From an uncultured archaeon (GTDB lineage Archaea; Asgardarchaeota; Thorarchaeia; Thorarchaeales; Thorarchaeaceae), in NCBI GenBank assembly GCA_964648855.1, contig CAZYLT010000002.1, forward strand, positions 235,014 through 267,013: 32,000 bases of DNA, in the 5' to 3' direction. How positions within the stretch are numbered: the stretch's first letter is position 1; each line of letters begins with the position of its first letter. A model generated the notes under the pieces. The model saw only the letters and a list, made by a program, of their open reading frames with translations, did not search any database and had not been told where the DNA came from. The position numbers and the translations under genes are program-made. This document shows, one piece after another, positions 28,665 to 32,000 of this stretch.

Positions 28665-29399
28665 CTACATGAAGATAAGTTTCTCGACTATGATATTCTC
28701 TTCTTCGACACCGACGCTCTCAAGGGCCTTCTTCAGGTCCCTAACAAATCCATCTGGTCCGCAGATGTAGAAGTACTTGTTCGTGTCAATTCTATCTTTG
28801 AGGAAGTCCTTGTCGATTCTACCATGCTCATAGCCGGATTTCTCTTCCTCAGTGAGCCTGAGATTCAAATTGTCACCAAACATGTCTTTGAATTCTTTCT
28901 CAAGAATGACATCCTCTGCTCTCTTGTTGCTAAATATGAGGGAATTGCCTGCTAACTTGTCGTGTTCTCGGAGATGACGCGTGATTGCTATGAAGGGTGT
29001 GACACCTGCTCCGGCAGCCAGGAAATATCCTGGGCCCTGATAGACAATGGTTCCAAATGGCTCGTGGAGTATTATCTCATCTCCAGCTTTGAGATTATGT
29101 AGCCTATCTGTTACACCTTCATGTTCCGGATACCCTTTGATAGTAAACTCCAGCACAAGATCCTCGTTCAGAGACGTAAACGTAAACGGTCTAAGCTCAT
29201 CGCACCAGTCTTCTTTGTCCAACGCAACCAGGTTCGCCTGTCCTGGGATGAATTCATATCCCGTCGGTTTCTGTACAACAAATCGCTTAACGTCGTGCGT
29301 GACAAACTCGGTCATGAGAACTCTCGTCTTTTGTGGATTATCAGTCGTTGGTTCTACTCTGACCTGTGATTCAATATCGTTCATCTTGATCTGCTCCAA
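28665..29399 (-). CDS. FAD/NAD(P)-binding oxidoreductase (ferredoxin/flavodoxin reductase-like)
   Basis: FIPGQ, RPFT, AAGAGVTPF, GRID and YICGP motifs. Confidence 0.92.
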   Translation of the reverse strand: MEQIKMNDIESQVRVEPTTDNPQKTRVLMTEFVTHDVKRFVVQKPTGYEFIPGQANLVALDKEDWCDELRPFTFTSLNEDLVLEFTIKGYPEHEGVTDRLHNLKAGDEIILHEPFGTIVYQGPGYFLAAGAGVTPFIAITRHLREHDKLAGNSLIFSNKRAEDVILEKEFKDMFGDNLNLRLTEEEKSGYEHGRIDKDFLKDRIDTNKYFYICGPDGFVRDLKKALESVGVEEENIIVEKLIFM

Positions 29400-29732
29400 T
29401 TCTCTTCTACCCTAAGGGCGGTATGCAAAACAAATTCTAGGGTCAGTATTAACTATAGTTTTCCTATTTTTATGCTTTGGCTTATACGGGCTACGCAGAC
29501 CATTCCTCTCAGGCTCCTCATTACAACATCTATGACTGGTACCCCCCCTTCATCCCTCGGCTCGAAGCCATTCATGGGTTTTTTTGTTTTCAATGTGGGC
29601 GGCTATTGTGTTAAAGGGTATCTCTCCACAAAGGTAGAGTACAACAGTCTTAAATCTCACAGACTCTCTTCAACAGAGTGAAATGTGCTTGATCGGTGTT
29701 TGACTTAGTGAAGCACGAAGGATGAGCTACAT

Positions 29733-30686
29733 ATGACAGCCATTGAGGTTGACGCTCTAACCAAATACTATGATGGTTTCCTAGCCGTTGATAATATCTC
29801 ATTCGATGTGAAACAGGGCGAGGTCTTCGGCTTTCTTGGACCCAACGGTGCAGGGAAAACAACAACTATACGGATGCTTGTTGGGCTTTCAAGGCCGAGC
29901 TCCGGAACCGCTAAAGTAGCAGGCTATGACATAGATAATGAGATTGTTGATGTCAAACGCCATGTTGGTGTAGTGCCCGAAAAATCAAACCTGTATGACG
30001 AGCTATCAGTCTGGGATAATTTGGAGTTCATGTCCCAGCTGTACCATGTGCCACGACATGAACGTGCCAGCCGGATTGAAGATGCTCTTCATTCTCTTGA
30101 CCTGCTTCCTCGGAGAGAAATGAAGTTTGGTCAACTCTCAAAGGGCCTGAAACGCCGTGTTGTCATAGCTGCATCGCTCGTTCACGAGCCAGAAATCCTA
30201 TTCTTGGACGAACCCACTGTTGGGCTAGACGTCGAGAGTGCACGTTCCCTTAGAAGACACATCGAGCATCTTCGCACTCAAGATACAACCGTGTTTCTAA
30301 CCACACATTATATCGAGGAGGCGGACCGTCTCTGCGACCGGATAGCAATCCTAGTGAACGGACAGATTATTGTCTTAGACACGCCGAAGAACATCAAGAA
30401 GCATATACGGCATGGATGTATCATTCGGGCAGAGCTCTCAGCTGTGCCAAACGAATCACTACTTGCTGAGCTAGAAAATCTCGGGAAACTGGAACAGGAT
30501 GGGCAGTCAGTAACCCTGCAGGTTGAAGAGCTGGGTACATCTTTGAGCAGTCTGGTACATCTCGTATCTAACGCAGGTGTTTCTGTGGAAACCCTGGAAA
30601 CCGAGGAACCAACACTTGAAGATGCCCTGTTGGAACTGACAGATGTATCACCTGAACGGATGAGATTTGAGAAGGAGGCGTCTTGA
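29733..30686 (+). CDS. ABC-2 exporter ATP-binding subunit (DrrA/NodI-like)
   Basis: Walker A GPNGAGKTT, signature LSKG, Walker B LFLDEPT and TTH. Confidence 0.95.
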   Translation: MTAIEVDALTKYYDGFLAVDNISFDVKQGEVFGFLGPNGAGKTTTIRMLVGLSRPSSGTAKVAGYDIDNEIVDVKRHVGVVPEKSNLYDELSVWDNLEFMSQLYHVPRHERASRIEDALHSLDLLPRREMKFGQLSKGLKRRVVIAASLVHEPEILFLDEPTVGLDVESARSLRRHIEHLRTQDTTVFLTTHYIEEADRLCDRIAILVNGQIIVLDTPKNIKKHIRHGCIIRAELSAVPNESLLAELENLGKLEQDGQSVTLQVEELGTSLSSLVHLVSNAGVSVETLETEEPTLEDALLELTDVSPERMRFEKEAS

Positions 30687-31426
30687 AGGTGAGTTGGAAG
30701 GACGAGCTCAGTGGAATCTTCTATATTCTCTGGAAAGACCTTCGTGCGTATTATTTCAAACCCCCGAATATCAGCTGGGGAATATTCTTCCCCCTTGTAC
30801 TCACTCTCGCATTCACTCTGCGAGACCCCACAGGGATTATCGATCTCTCTCCCGGCTTGATTGCGATGGCAGCGGTCTTTGGCACCACAAGCATGGAGGC
30901 AATTGTCATAACCTTTGAAAGGCGCACAGGGGCACTTGAACGGTTGCTACTCGCACCAATATCAACAAGGGCCCTCTTACTCGGGAAGATCTTGGGAGGC
31001 ACCGTCTTTGGGGGAATGATATCTGGAGCGATGATTCTCATTTCTGTTTCTCTTCTCGGAATGGTGATTATTTATCCACTACTGTTCTTTGGCTCCCTCA
31101 TTCTGACCCTCGTAGCACTATCAGCACTAGGTGCTCTGGTGGCGGTGTCCGTCAAGGAAGTCTTTGAGGCCCAGACTCTCTCCAACTTCTTCCGGTTCCC
31201 CATGATATTCGTATGCGGGGTCTTCATCCCTGTTGAAACAATGCCGTTTGCACTTCAGGTGGTTGCCTATCTACTACCTCTCACCTATTCTGTATATGCG
31301 CTTAAGATGACAACATCTTCCCTCCAAGCTCCTACTGGACTGCTGGTAAACATGACCGCGCTTGTGCTATTCTTCCTCGTCTTTCTTGCTGCGTGTGAAT
31401 GGATTTTGAAACGTAGCATGAACTAA
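30683..31426 (+). CDS. ABC-2 type permease
   Basis: About six TMs, ERRTGALERLLLAP, CGVFIP and LPLTY; overlaps the ATPase stop. Confidence 0.93.
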   Translation: MKVSWKDELSGIFYILWKDLRAYYFKPPNISWGIFFPLVLTLAFTLRDPTGIIDLSPGLIAMAAVFGTTSMEAIVITFERRTGALERLLLAPISTRALLLGKILGGTVFGGMISGAMILISVSLLGMVIIYPLLFFGSLILTLVALSALGALVAVSVKEVFEAQTLSNFFRFPMIFVCGVFIPVETMPFALQVVAYLLPLTYSVYALKMTTSSLQAPTGLLVNMTALVLFFLVFLAACEWILKRSMN

Positions 31427-31931
31427 AAAATGACTTTCAAATAATCTATTCTTCAAGATTGGTGAAATTATCTGGAAGATGGATGAATCCCCAGACTCTC
31501 TGACTACAATGGACTTGACCTTTCTATTTACCCCGTGCATGAGATGGGCAATAGTCATAGAACGACATTGCCAATGCTGTCCCAATGTCACAAATACATA
31601 CGATGGATAAGCCCTCCGGATAAAACCACCCTACGCTTCGTTTCTTTGCTGAAATTTGAGTTTGGTCTTATTCAGAGTTTCTTTTTTCAGCTTAATTGCC
31701 CGTTATGATGTTGAATGCATAAGAAAAAAAATTCCTGCAAGAAACAGCGTTATTACTAACATTGCTTGGACACGGTTTAGTTCTCCATTTCACGCGTAGA
31801 CCTACGTTGAGTTGTCACAAACTCATGCCATATCAGTAGAATTGCTGAAATTAGAGCATAATCAGAAAGTGGGTGACTAGGGGCTCAACAAAGACCCCCA
31901 TTTTACTTCTAGGGCTTCTTTTTCGTTATGA

Positions 31932-32000
31932 TTATGATCGTACGGCTCCATCTGGAGGCGGGGTGGTGGTTCCCGTATCAGTTGTGGTATCAGTCGTTAT
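31932..32000 (-). CDS. 3' end of a probable surface protein (Thr/Pro-rich linker) entering from beyond the window
   Basis: Reads ...ITTDTTTDTGTTTPPPDGAVRS*. Confidence 0.6.
   Translation of the reverse strand: MTTDTTTDTGTTTPPPDGAVRS

Noticed and set aside
1-32000. CRISPR array, transposase, integrase or rRNA
   Set aside because: No regularly spaced repeats or matching protein or RNA motifs seen.

Overview
Archaeal chromosomal window, most consistent with an Asgard archaeon, probably Thorarchaeota-like (inferred from gene content, acidic tails and zinc-ribbon membrane proteins, not from a search). Its core is a long minus-strand translation, secretion and division cluster: rnp4-yhbY-rps19e-PDCD5-rpl39e, then an insert, then rpl31e-eIF6-rpl18a-pfdA-ftsY-argF-pfkB-ftsZ-secE-spt5-rpl11-rpl1-rplP0-rpl12. 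Flanking it are an intron-containing tRNA-Arg(UCU), an HDAC-family gene, nep1, transporters and a DUF3160-like pseudogene. The most striking feature is the ~3.2 kb insert between the normally adjacent rpl39e and rpl31e. It consists of two cargo blocks (Fur/PerR + DpsL, and a frameshifted membrane protein), each bounded by a decayed copy of the rpl39e 3' half. This suggests serial cassette capture at rpl39e. Other notable points are a C2HC zinc finger inserted in the Spt5 NGN domain, a perfect 28-bp palindrome whose core recurs inside the insert, and a gene with three in-frame stops but no frameshift between them.
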